DNA from: a virus
IMG/VR virus record: IMGVR_UViG_3300035180_001847
Span: 32,001-96,000 of that record
DNA length: 64,000 bases
Direction: 5' to 3' (one strand)
Below are positions 9,024 to 18,495 of this stretch, in pieces. Each line of letters opens with the position of its first letter. Within the stretch, counting starts at the first letter, position 1. Below the pieces are notes generated by a model. That model saw nothing but the letters and a program-made list of their open reading frames with translations. It was not told where the DNA came from and searched no databases. The position numbers and the translations under genes are program-made.

Positions 9024-9075
9024 CGCCAACTGGAACTCATGCCCGTTTGTCAACGGCTAATTCAAACTGTGGGGT
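9024..9075 (+). mobile_element. degenerate, truncated attC-like site
   Basis: CGCCAAC...CGGCTAATTCAAACTGTGGGGT; the right end resembles the attC terminus GTTGGGT. Confidence 0.45.
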
Positions 9076-9114
9076 AACAAGTTATTACCCAAAAATAAAA
9101 TCATCGGAGAAATT

Positions 9115-9723
9115 ATGCATACACATACAGCAAAAAACCTTTTCAATCAGAATATTCAAAGCGCCAAAGATAGTCTTGCGCTTTATGATGCAATTGCTGC
9201 ACTCCAGCCAAGAGGCGTGGATATCAATTGGGTACTCAGGTCTGCCGTTGTATTTGCGGTTTCAGCACTTGATACATTTTTCCACGACAAAATCAAATAT
9301 CGTGTCGGGAGATTTGATTTTGGAAATATTCCGCCTGCTTTTGCAAAATTTGAAATTGAAATCAAGGATTTAATTTCGTGGGACAAATCAAGGAGAAAAG
9401 GCGATATTTTGCAAAATTGGGTCACTAATTATCTATCAACGCGTTCTCTACAATCACGAACGGAAATCGAAGAGTCTTTGAAAATGGCGGGAATTAACGC
9501 TGTTTGGGACACTATTGAACCAGATAAAGATAATAAAAATGCGCTTTTGCGAGACCTTGATCTTTTGGTCAAACGACGAAATCAAATTTCTCATGAAGGA
9601 GATAGAGTAACTTCTCGTAGAAGTGGAAAAACATTGCGCCCAATCACTAGACTAGAAGTAGAGAATTGGATAAAGTTTGTTGAATACATCGTTCTTAAAG
9701 TTGAAAATGCATTTCCTGGCTAG
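9115..9723 (+). CDS. HEPN-domain protein (RiboL-PSP-HEPN/MAE_28990-like), gene cassette
   Basis: LRSAVVFAVSALDTFFHD helix and RRNQISH (RxxxxH) motif. Confidence 0.8.
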   Translation: MHTHTAKNLFNQNIQSAKDSLALYDAIAALQPRGVDINWVLRSAVVFAVSALDTFFHDKIKYRVGRFDFGNIPPAFAKFEIEIKDLISWDKSRRKGDILQNWVTNYLSTRSLQSRTEIEESLKMAGINAVWDTIEPDKDNKNALLRDLDLLVKRRNQISHEGDRVTSRRSGKTLRPITRLEVENWIKFVEYIVLKVENAFPG

Positions 9724-9737
9724 ATTATGAAAAAATC

Positions 9738-9870
9738 ACCCAATAACGTATGCTCCCGACTAGCGGGAGTCTGGTTGCCATAAATAGGTTTTATCTATTC
9801 TTTGAGTTTAATTTCCTTTCGGGCATTTTCTCAGCCCCGTTCCACAAGCGGCTGACGCAAACCGCTAAGT
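9738..9870 (+). mobile_element. attC-like recombination site
   Basis: ACCCAATAACGTATGCTCCCGAC...AAGCGGCTGACGCAAACCGCTAAGT; termini match the RYYYAAC/GTTRRRY pattern with mismatches. Confidence 0.7.
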
Positions 9871-9890
9871 GGCTAGGGTAAAGGAGTCTA

Positions 9891-10442
9891 ATGGCAAGGA
9901 AAGAGTTTGTCGCTGGCAAAGCGGCTGGTAGGCAGGAAGGTTATACTTCAACACACTTCACGCCCGAAACGGCTGTAATTGATTTACTTCAATTCATCCC
10001 GTTTGAAAGTGGAGATATTGCACTTGATCCTTCTGCTGGCGTAAATAAAGTTTGGTTCAATAATTTTCCATGCAATAAAGATTACTGTGAAATTGATGAA
10101 GGTTTAGATTTCTTTGAGTATCCAAAACAAGTTGATTGGATCATAGGCAATCCGCCTTTCACTGATTTTATAAAGTTTCTTATGCACAGCCCCAGCATTG
10201 CAAGAAAAGGGTTTGCTTATCTTATCGGGCATAGTCGTCTCAATCAGGTTACACCGAAGCGATTGAGTATCTTGGAAGAAAAAGGTTTCTATTTATCAGG
10301 CATCCAAATCTGTACATTCAAAGCATGGTTTGGCAGGTATTACTTCCTGATTTTCACTCGCTCCAAGAATGAAGGTATCGGCTATTCACGAAAGAATTAT
10401 AGCCATGAAGTCTCTACGCCGCAGAACAATGTGTGCTGTTAA
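9891..10442 (+). CDS. small DNA adenine methyltransferase, gene cassette
   Basis: HFTPE, LDPSAG SAM motif, IIGNPPF catalytic motif; AAGGAG RBS. Confidence 0.85.
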   Translation: MARKEFVAGKAAGRQEGYTSTHFTPETAVIDLLQFIPFESGDIALDPSAGVNKVWFNNFPCNKDYCEIDEGLDFFEYPKQVDWIIGNPPFTDFIKFLMHSPSIARKGFAYLIGHSRLNQVTPKRLSILEEKGFYLSGIQICTFKAWFGRYYFLIFTRSKNEGIGYSRKNYSHEVSTPQNNVCC

Positions 10443-10506
10443 AATTTGAATAATTTTACGGTTTTATCTCGTCCCGCTCATATGCAGATAGCGCAAACCG
10501 TTGGCC
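10421..10506 (+). mobile_element. attC-like site (internally shortened)
   Basis: GCAGAACAATGTGTGC...TTATCTCGTCCCGCTCA...GCAGATAGCGCAAACCGTTGGCC. Confidence 0.7.
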
Positions 10507-10705
10507 ATTTTCTAGCACAATAAGGTAAAAAATTATCTCGCCCGTGATGGGATTCACATTGTTTAAAAAATAGAGAATAAAATAACTTATTATAAACTTT
10601 CCACCCCTGTATGAAACAATTATGATTGCATTTGATATCAATGATTATATTTAATATCAATGCAGATAAATTTAAAGAGTAAAAAGGATTTTATAAAGTG
10701 AGATA

Positions 10706-11062
10706 ATGTTGGATTTTTTGAAACAACAAATTGGTTTTTGGCAATGTGTTTTATTTATAGTTGGAATTATTTGTGTTTATGGCTGGTGGTTGTGGAGAAT
10801 ATATAAACCATATAAATATAAAGAACCAAAACAAAATCAACACTCCAAAGATTTGGAAAGATTGGGACAGATTAATGATGAAATTTATAATTTAACGTGT
10901 GATAGGGATTGGGAAAAAATTCAAGAACTTCGCAGGGAGCGCATAAAAATATTAAGCAAGCCTGAAAATTATAATCACTATGCCATTCAACGGGATTTGA
11001 TTTGGCTTAGTATTCAAAAAATTGGTGGTAAATACTTCTATAATTCAGATGCCAATTTGTAA
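10706..11062 (+). CDS. hypothetical membrane protein
   Basis: N-terminal hydrophobic helix. Confidence 0.6.
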   Translation: MLDFLKQQIGFWQCVLFIVGIICVYGWWLWRIYKPYKYKEPKQNQHSKDLERLGQINDEIYNLTCDRDWEKIQELRRERIKILSKPENYNHYAIQRDLIWLSIQKIGGKYFYNSDANL

Positions 11063-11290
11063 TTTGACGGGTGAGAATTAATGTTTTTGTTAAATTATAA
11101 ATATGGAATATTTATTAATATGTAATATGTATTAAGAAGAGCAATAGCGGAGATAAAAGATAAAAAAATTTTTTATTAATGGTGGTTGAAGAAAAAAAGA
11201 GAGAGAAAGAAAGAAAAAAATAATCAACTGGAAGTATGAATGAGTTGATATAATTTATGTAGATAAGGATACTAACAACATAGAAAATAT

Positions 11291-11560
11291 ATGAATATTC
11301 GCAATTTTTATTTATTTGTAACAAGTCATAAAAATATTTCTTTGGATTGTGTAAACCCAACTAATCAGCCTGATTTAGATATAATGGATTTAGATGATAA
11401 TTTGAGTTTGGAGGAATTGAATAATATGGATATGGATGATGTTGAAGATGAAGATAAATATTTGGATTGGGAAAGTTTTTTTGAAGTAAATAAACACGGC
11501 GAGGGGAGATGGTCAGAAATGTCTTATAATAGATATTGTCAAGGAATTTTGGATCAATAA
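11291..11560 (+). CDS. acidic hypothetical protein
   Basis: 89-aa D/E-rich ORF upstream of the RNA polymerase. Confidence 0.45.
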   Translation: MNIRNFYLFVTSHKNISLDCVNPTNQPDLDIMDLDDNLSLEELNNMDMDDVEDEDKYLDWESFFEVNKHGEGRWSEMSYNRYCQGILDQ

Positions 11561-11626
11561 AAAAGGTGTTTATATTGAAAACTTTTTTTAGATAAAATAA
11601 TTTTTTGTGAAAGGAAATATTGAGCC

Positions 11627-14359
11627 TTGTCCCGAAAAATACAATCCTTTTATGTATTAAAATTAGAAAGCGAAAAACTAAAAAAACACGGATATAAAAT
11701 TAAAATAGATTTGAACGAGGCAAGAAAAAACAATGAAGTGGTATCATTGGCAAATAGTCAAATGATACGGACGATACAAGAAGTTATAAAATCAAGTTAT
11801 TCTCAGAAAAAATTAGATAGATTAGTAAAAAGAAAAAAAGCATTAGGAAATCAAAAAAATAAATCGATTTATCGAAAAGAATTGAGCGATATTCAAAATG
11901 AAATAGATAAGTTATTGTTTATTCCTGAATTGATAGTAATTCATTTTAATCATACATCACATTATAAAACAATTATTAAAAAGGGTCTTTTTATAAATGA
12001 CAAAGAATATGTTAGATTAATGACGGGAGCGGGTCACGCTCGTCGTAATTCCAGTATCTTCATTGAAAAAAATATTTGGATGAATGTCAATGAAATATTT
12101 GAAAATGGAAGAAACAAAAACGTTCCTCTAGTGTATAGCAAGTATAATGCCTATTATGGACTTTATGCTTCGGCAACTCAACCCGTCTCATTTCCTCGTA
12201 TAGCAGTTGTGCCAGACCTTGAATTGGAATTTATAAGAACATTTGATTTTGTTGAAGAAGTCGAACAGGAAGATGATTTGGTTTATGAAAAAATAATGCC
12301 CGTCAAGCAAAATATTTTTGATGGTATGGGATTGATAAGCATTGAATTTGCGAAACAATGGCAGTCAGACCTTGAACTTGATTATCTTCCATCTGGATTT
12401 ATATTTAGAGGGGGATTTTTCAAAGGAATGCTTGCAACATTTGATATAAAAATGTTTGCCAAAGAAAATAATTCTTTTGAAATAAAAGATGTTTGGGGAA
12501 ATATTCATAATGTAAAAGATATTGATATTATTGCAACCCAATCACAATTCAAATTATGGATGTGCTATAATTCAATTGATGACTACCGTGAAAACTGTGT
12601 AAAAAACAATATTGGATTTGGGGTAAGCAGAGTTTCTCCAAAAAAACAAAAAGATTTTTTTTATTCATCATATCAATATTTACAGGTATTGAATGAAGAT
12701 AAAGTCAATATTGAAAAATTATGTGAACCAACCTTAAATTATTTCAAAGATGTTTCTTCTGATGATGCTAATAAGGCAATTTTATATTTATTGGGCGATA
12801 AGGATTATCAAGATTTAGAAAAATTATTCGAGCAAATTGATAATAACGTGTTGAAAGCGCTCATGATAAATAAAAATGTCATAAAAGATAATCATATAAA
12901 AAACCATATTTTCAAGACTATTAATAAAAAGATACGAAATTCCTTCATGGGGAATCTTATTCTTGATGGATGTTATCAAATGAATATTGCTGATCCTGTG
13001 GCTTTCATGCAACACGCTCTGGGTCTTTTGGTAACGGGATTGCTAAAAGATAAAGAATATTATTCTAAATACTGGTCATCAAGAAAAATAAATAAAATCG
13101 CAACGGGTAGAAGTCCTTTAACTTGGAGAAGTGAATTAAATGTCTTAAATCTTATTGACAATAATGATACTGAGAAATGGTACAAATATTTGAGTGACGG
13201 GATTATAACCAATATTTATGGTGATGACAACTATCGTTGGGCGGATTCCGATATGGATGGTGATTTGATTTTTTCTACATCTAATGAATACTTGATAAAT
13301 GGGGCATTTGGCGGAAATCCAATCACATATAATCGTGACTCTGGAAATAAGGATATTATAAATACCGATGAATTATATAAAAGCGATATTGATAGTTATG
13401 GTTCGCGCATTGGTGTTTTAACCAATTATTCAACAACATCGTATTCAATGCTTTCCATGTTTGGTAACAAGGACAGTGAAGAATATAAAACCATTATAAA
13501 TAGATTGAAAATAACAAGAAAAAATCAGGGTCAGGAAATTGATAAGGCGAAATTGGGCGGATTTATAAAACCAATTCCTGAATGGGCTAAGTATAGGCAC
13601 ATAAAAAATTCCATGACCGAAGAAGAAAAAAATAAAATTAGGCTTCACAATAGACTTCTTCTTGATCGTCGTCCTTTGTGGATGATTTATCTTTATCCTC
13701 ACAAAATGAATGAATTTCGTCGTTTCAATAAGATATATGAAAACTATGTTCAAAGTAAAATGGGATTTTCTCTGGAAACATTGTTGAATAAAAAAGATAG
13801 AAACAAGAAGGAAAACGACATTTATAATAGTTATGTAAGATATTCTCCATTTATTGTTGAAGATAAGTCTATTATGATGAAGATTTATCAATATATGATT
13901 CAATCTGTTCGTGAACATAAACTTAAGATGAAAAACGATTCATTGACATTTGATTATACCATATATCTAAATAAATCCATCCCTAAAAACTCATATAAAC
14001 TGCAACAGATGGAAAATTTACTAAAAGAATATAAGTCCGCTAAAAAGAATTTATCTGTTACCAATAATTTTGAAAACAAAGAACAAGTCTTTTCTATTTT
14101 GAGAAATAAGGCTGAATTTAATATAAGTAATAATATATCAGAATTAACAAATTTGGCTGTTGAGGTTTGTTATGAAAAAGGAACTGTAAATTCAAGGCAA
14201 TTTGTTTTTGATCTGTTTGGCGATGGTATTATTCAGAATCTCTTGACAAATAATGGAAATAAGATTATGATACCAGTTCTTACTGAACCATCTGGAGATT
14301 TGGAATTTCTTGGAAAACACTATTCATTGAAAGAGGTTAAAATAAATAATGTCGTATAA
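11627..14359 (+). CDS. yonO: YonO-like single-subunit two-barrel RNA polymerase
   Basis: 910 aa; FDGMGLIS, RGGFFKGML, GRSP and ADSDMDGD (DxDGD) motifs; position upstream of late genes as in SPbeta. Confidence 0.9.
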   Translation: MSRKIQSFYVLKLESEKLKKHGYKIKIDLNEARKNNEVVSLANSQMIRTIQEVIKSSYSQKKLDRLVKRKKALGNQKNKSIYRKELSDIQNEIDKLLFIPELIVIHFNHTSHYKTIIKKGLFINDKEYVRLMTGAGHARRNSSIFIEKNIWMNVNEIFENGRNKNVPLVYSKYNAYYGLYASATQPVSFPRIAVVPDLELEFIRTFDFVEEVEQEDDLVYEKIMPVKQNIFDGMGLISIEFAKQWQSDLELDYLPSGFIFRGGFFKGMLATFDIKMFAKENNSFEIKDVWGNIHNVKDIDIIATQSQFKLWMCYNSIDDYRENCVKNNIGFGVSRVSPKKQKDFFYSSYQYLQVLNEDKVNIEKLCEPTLNYFKDVSSDDANKAILYLLGDKDYQDLEKLFEQIDNNVLKALMINKNVIKDNHIKNHIFKTINKKIRNSFMGNLILDGCYQMNIADPVAFMQHALGLLVTGLLKDKEYYSKYWSSRKINKIATGRSPLTWRSELNVLNLIDNNDTEKWYKYLSDGIITNIYGDDNYRWADSDMDGDLIFSTSNEYLINGAFGGNPITYNRDSGNKDIINTDELYKSDIDSYGSRIGVLTNYSTTSYSMLSMFGNKDSEEYKTIINRLKITRKNQGQEIDKAKLGGFIKPIPEWAKYRHIKNSMTEEEKNKIRLHNRLLLDRRPLWMIYLYPHKMNEFRRFNKIYENYVQSKMGFSLETLLNKKDRNKKENDIYNSYVRYSPFIVEDKSIMMKIYQYMIQSVREHKLKMKNDSLTFDYTIYLNKSIPKNSYKLQQMENLLKEYKSAKKNLSVTNNFENKEQVFSILRNKAEFNISNNISELTNLAVEVCYEKGTVNSRQFVFDLFGDGIIQNLLTNNGNKIMIPVLTEPSGDLEFLGKHYSLKEVKINNVV

Positions 14360-14626
14360 AATTTTGAATATTGATAATATGCAATATCAGACAGAAGAAC
14401 AAGCGGATTTAATATTTTGCGATTTTGTGTATGAGGATTTAAATTTTCAATGGGTGGACAAATATTGGAGATTTTTAAAAGAGGGGGGAGTATGGGGAAG
14501 TAGAATGTGCGGGAGGCAATCTTGAATAATGTAAATTATGTTGGAATTGAATATGATAAAGAACCGTTTGAATTAGCGCAAAAACGATTAAAAGAAGTTT
14601 ATGAGAAGAAAAATACTAATTCTTAA
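14349..14626 (+). pseudogene. internally deleted beta-class DNA methyltransferase
   Basis: MSYKILNIDNMQY...ADLIFCDFVY...WRFLKEGG joined out of frame to ...NYVGIEYDKEPFELAQKRLKEV, i.e. MTase N- and C-termini only. Confidence 0.65.
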
Positions 14627-15377
14627 TGAAATTACTCAAGCAGAAAAAATATTGAAGAATGGTTTCACCAATGGCATAATGTTTGGAGAATTAATGTTGT
14701 TGGCAAAATATTTTAAAGCATTGGGACTTAGACCAAAAAAAATTAAGGAAAAAATTGTCGAGTTTTGTACAAAAGAAGATAAATTTTTTAATGTTGATGT
14801 TTATGATAAAATGATAGCGACAGCTATAAATAAGTCCAAAAATTATAAGATCAAATCTGTTGAAGGCATAAATATCCCCATCTTTGAAGAAGAAATAGAT
14901 GTCATAAAATTTTTACCTCACCGTTTATATAAAATATTGTTTGTAATGCTTGCTCTTTCCAAGTATCAGAAATTTTTTCATTCCAGGATAAAAAATAAGA
15001 AAAGAAAAAGAATGTCTTATTTTTTGAATTTTGTGGATTTTGAAGATATATGTAGAATGGCTGGATTAGGAAGCAAAAATATAACCAAAAAATTAATTTA
15101 TAAAATTCGTTATGAATTGGATGGGAAGGGCGGATTTATATCGTCCAGCAAATTCTCAGAATCCAGTTATCAAATAATGTTTGCTAGGGATGAAGGTAAA
15201 ATAATTTCTTTGGTGAGGGATTTAGAAAATATAATAGATTTTATTCCTTATTTTTGCGTGGATTGTAAAAAACAATTTGATAAAAAGGGTAAACGTGATA
15301 GATGTGATGACTGCTATTTAGAATATAGAAGGAAAATCAATAGAGAAAATATGAAACGTTCCAGAAAAGAAGCATGA
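14601..15377 (+). CDS. hypothetical protein with C-terminal CxxC..CxxC zinc ribbon
   Basis: CVDC...CDDC; follows the RNA polymerase. Confidence 0.75.
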   Translation: MRRKILILNEITQAEKILKNGFTNGIMFGELMLLAKYFKALGLRPKKIKEKIVEFCTKEDKFFNVDVYDKMIATAINKSKNYKIKSVEGINIPIFEEEIDVIKFLPHRLYKILFVMLALSKYQKFFHSRIKNKKRKRMSYFLNFVDFEDICRMAGLGSKNITKKLIYKIRYELDGKGGFISSSKFSESSYQIMFARDEGKIISLVRDLENIIDFIPYFCVDCKKQFDKKGKRDRCDDCYLEYRRKINRENMKRSRKEA

Positions 15378-15436
15378 AAATTTGTGTACAGATGTAATAC
15401 TTATCTAATTAATGAAAGAGGATAAAATAAACAAAA

Positions 15437-15853
15437 ATGACCGGAAAACGAAGTAAACCAAAAAACGAAAATTTTCTTGATACTGACCAATTTGCACGAG
15501 AGCTTGCTCAAAGAGCAAAGTTCTCTTTAAGTGATACCAAAATATTCATGAAGGAATATCAAGGTATATTCGAGGATTGTATTGAACAAAACATAGATAT
15601 TGATTTAAGGGGTTTTGTACATTTATATATACAGACAATTCCGGCGCACGAGGGAAACAATGCAAGAGAATCGAGGCTTAGAGGCGGTGAGCCAGTTAAA
15701 CAATGGTTTCCCGAATCAAAAAGAATTACAATTAAGGTTGCAAAAAACTTGACGGATATTCTTCGGAGTCCTGAAAAGAAAAAAATTCAAAATTCCAAAT
15801 CTACAAAAGATGCCTTACGTCAAATGACCTTGGATGAAAATATGGGTGGATAA
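15437..15853 (+). CDS. HU/IHF-like DNA-binding protein
   Basis: ELAQRAKFSLSD...IDLRGF...GNN...FPESKRITIK follows the HU pattern; YonN-like position. Confidence 0.75.
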   Translation: MTGKRSKPKNENFLDTDQFARELAQRAKFSLSDTKIFMKEYQGIFEDCIEQNIDIDLRGFVHLYIQTIPAHEGNNARESRLRGGEPVKQWFPESKRITIKVAKNLTDILRSPEKKKIQNSKSTKDALRQMTLDENMGG

Positions 15854-15865
15854 AGAGGTTGTTTT

Positions 15866-16306
15866 ATGAACTCATTAGCTGTCAAACCCGTTACAAATGA
15901 GATCGTTCAGGTGAAAACTCAAATAAGAAGATTTTGTTCTTGTTGCGGTGCATTTGTCAGAGGTGAAGATTATCATTGTACCATGCGACCTATTGAACTT
16001 AGATACATCATTGGCGCATCTATTTATGTGGAATGGCCTTATATTTGGAAAACAAATGAATATGGTTCGGGGAATAGGTATAAATATTTTTTAAAGCCAA
16101 TTAGAGTTATTTTGAAAAATGGTCAATTCTTTAGTTCCAGAGAAATTGTTGGTGAGAATGGTGGCAGCATATATATTGGAGCATTTCAGACTTTTGATGC
16201 CATTGAATTACATGAAAAAAATAAGGAATTATGGCCTACGGTTGAACAAGCCGAAAGAGCCGTTCATCATCCAGATGAAATTTTATATTCCAATTTTATG
16301 GGATGA
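15866..16306 (+). CDS. hypothetical protein
   Basis: 146-aa ORF with GAGG RBS. Confidence 0.65.
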   Translation: MNSLAVKPVTNEIVQVKTQIRRFCSCCGAFVRGEDYHCTMRPIELRYIIGASIYVEWPYIWKTNEYGSGNRYKYFLKPIRVILKNGQFFSSREIVGENGGSIYIGAFQTFDAIELHEKNKELWPTVEQAERAVHHPDEILYSNFMG

Positions 16307-16419
16307 ATTTTTATAAACAACTAAATAAATAGGCTTTTTTAAGTGCTTGATTATTTAATTTTTATAAAAATGCTTTTTTGAAGATATATTTTATTTCTAC
16401 GAGAGAGGAAAAAATAAAG

Positions 16420-16647
16420 ATGAATTTAAATGATAGAACCGTGAAATATTTCAATACGGACAATCGATGGGTCGGTATTGATCCAGAAAACATTAAAGAG
16501 GGTATGACTTTTCAAGTTTTTGAATTGAATGGTTCTCCGGTTATTCAAGATCGCGCGGCAATTTTTACCGCCGCGTCCGATTCCAAAAATATTGGAGGAA
16601 TCATAACTGTACAAGTTATCATAGACCCCGCATTCCAAGTTTTTTAG
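16420..16647 (+). CDS. small hypothetical protein
   Basis: Start MNLNDR after a GAGGA RBS. Confidence 0.6.
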   Translation: MNLNDRTVKYFNTDNRWVGIDPENIKEGMTFQVFELNGSPVIQDRAAIFTAASDSKNIGGIITVQVIIDPAFQVF

Positions 16648-16719
16648 AAATCAAGATAGAAAAAAGTGAAATCTTTGAAAAATAAATGTGATAAATAAAT
16701 TGATAGATGAGAATTTATA

Positions 16720-16911
16720 ATGAAACATTCAGCAAGAAAAATTAGTAAAAAATATCTGCCCAAAGGCTTGATTCGTAAATTGGATAAAAGTGATGGAAAG
16801 AGAAAATGGTTTTTAGGAAAAGATAAAAAATGGGATACGCTTCATCAAGTTGTGCTTGATTTAGGATACACGCCGGAAAAGAAATCATTGGATTCCCGCA
16901 AAGACATCTAA
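16720..16911 (+). CDS. small basic hypothetical protein
   Basis: 63-aa ORF. Confidence 0.5.
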   Translation: MKHSARKISKKYLPKGLIRKLDKSDGKRKWFLGKDKKWDTLHQVVLDLGYTPEKKSLDSRKDI

Positions 16912-16963
16912 CAAGCCATTTAAAGTAATGAAAGAGTAATTTTATGAACGGAGGAGGCGAAAT

Positions 16964-17356
16964 ATGAGCGATTATGTTTTAACGGGTTTCACCACCAATG
17001 TTCTTACAATTCCAAATATAACAACGGCGGATGATTTATTTTTTACGGTAAAAGCCGATTTATCTCTTGATGATACTCATAGTATTTTAAAAATATCTCA
17101 AACAGCAGGATTGTTGATTTTATATGGACAAACTATTCCAATAAACGGAACGAATATTATAACATCCAACGATGGTTCAATTGCCATATCTGGATTGAAT
17201 CTTATTGTGACATTAAGTGCGTTAGCTTCAAGCGCTCTGCCCAATGCCGTTGGATTATTTGGAGATATTCGATCTAAAACAATAATTGGGAATATTATAT
17301 CTGTTCAAAAAAGTTTTACGTTGGATATAAATTATCCAGTTGGTCATTCGATTTAA
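16964..17356 (+). CDS. hypothetical beta-rich protein
   Basis: 130-aa ORF, strong GGAGGAGG RBS. Confidence 0.7.
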   Translation: MSDYVLTGFTTNVLTIPNITTADDLFFTVKADLSLDDTHSILKISQTAGLLILYGQTIPINGTNIITSNDGSIAISGLNLIVTLSALASSALPNAVGLFGDIRSKTIIGNIISVQKSFTLDINYPVGHSI

Positions 17357-17390
17357 TTATATGTAGATAAAAAGGAGAAAAAATAAAAAA

Positions 17391-17702
17391 ATGGAAAATA
17401 CTTTGGCTTCAATTATTTTGGGAATTGCTGGCGTGATTCTTTCTTTGATTTTTAGTTATTTCCCTGTCGCGCAAAAATGGTACGATGCCCAGTCAAATAA
17501 AGGTCTGTTGATGCTTGCTTTCAATGTTATTGTTGCTGGAGCATACTTTGGTTTATCTTGCACTCCATTTGCCGCTCAGTTTCATATTTCCGTAAGCTGC
17601 GATCAGAATGGGGTATTCAATATGCTTCAAGCATTGTTTGTAATGGCTTCTAGTAATCAACTGACTCTTCTGTTTTCCAAATCAGGAACTCCAAAAAATT
17701 GA
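17391..17702 (+). CDS. holin-like membrane protein
   Basis: 103 aa with 2-3 hydrophobic helices; AAGGAG RBS. Confidence 0.6.
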   Translation: MENTLASIILGIAGVILSLIFSYFPVAQKWYDAQSNKGLLMLAFNVIVAGAYFGLSCTPFAAQFHISVSCDQNGVFNMLQALFVMASSNQLTLLFSKSGTPKN

Positions 17703-17714
17703 ATTTTCCACCCC

Positions 17715-17744
17715 TTGACAAGATAAGGGGTATTGTGCTATAAT
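17715..17744 (+). promoter_or_regulatory. sigma70-type promoter
   Basis: TTGACA-N18-TATAAT with extended TG. Confidence 0.75.
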
Positions 17745-17753
17745 GCTTAGAAT

Positions 17754-17901
17754 ATTGGTAGTGAGAGAAAGTTTCATCTTAGCTTACGAATAATTGCGCG
17801 TATAGCTGTATGATGGATGCCCACTTATCAGGGTATGACACCTCCTAACGCATGGGTTGAGGCCATATAGATGGTTCTTATAAAACAAGATAAGTACCAA
17901 T
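17754..17901 (+). ncRNA. candidate structured ncRNA
   Basis: Closed by ATTGGTA/TACCAAT, several internal hairpins, starts about 10 nt after a -10 box, no ORF. Confidence 0.45.
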
Positions 17902-17960
17902 GCTTTGAAAACATAATCGTTTTTTAAAATGCCCTATAAAAATTAGGGAATAAACCATAT

Positions 17961-18031
17961 GCGGATTTGGCAGAACGATCATGCACTTGCCTTCCAGGCA
18001 ATGTAAGAGGGTTTGACTCCCTCAACCCGCT
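17961..18031 (+). tRNA. tRNA-Gly(UCC), degenerate
   Basis: GCGGATT/AACCCGC acceptor (1 mismatch), CT-TCC-AG loop, GAGGG-TTTGACT-CCCTC T arm; followed by CTA rather than CCA. Confidence 0.75.
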
Positions 18032-18141
18032 CTAAATACAAAACATTTTTTAAATAAAACCGATTTTTAATGACGGAAATCATTTCATTCAAACGATTTG
18101 TCCATAAATAAAAAATTGAAAAATGAATAAGGAAAATATAG

Positions 18142-18492
18142 ATGAATAGTTCTATCATAGGCGTTGGTAAAGTTGTGGTTGAGTTTGCTGCTGTAATGGA
18201 TAAACCAAATATCAATGCTAACATTGTTGGTATAGTTGGAAAAAATTATTCTTTTAAGGTAATTTTTCAATCTTGTCCAATGTCATTATCTAAAAACAAT
18301 TCTATAAATGATTTGTGGTTTCAGACGAGTGACCACAGATGGATTCCAATGAAAATTGGAAATAAGCAATATTGTTCTTTTATTCCTTATAAAACAATTT
18401 TTATAAAAGATATTGGCGAAGAGCCAATTTCCATAATGGATGAAAACAACAATCATTATATTTTATATCCAAATGATTTGGTAAAGGAATAA
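18142..18492 (+). CDS. SH3b-like domain protein
   Basis: VMDKPNINANIVGIV...LWFQ...RWI pattern. Confidence 0.5.
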   Translation: MNSSIIGVGKVVVEFAAVMDKPNINANIVGIVGKNYSFKVIFQSCPMSLSKNNSINDLWFQTSDHRWIPMKIGNKQYCSFIPYKTIFIKDIGEEPISIMDENNNHYILYPNDLVKE

Positions 18493-18495
18493 TAA

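Noticed and set aside
8930-9373. 147-aa ORF overlapping the HEPN gene
   Set aside because: Spans promoters and an attC remnant and shadows a better-supported ORF.
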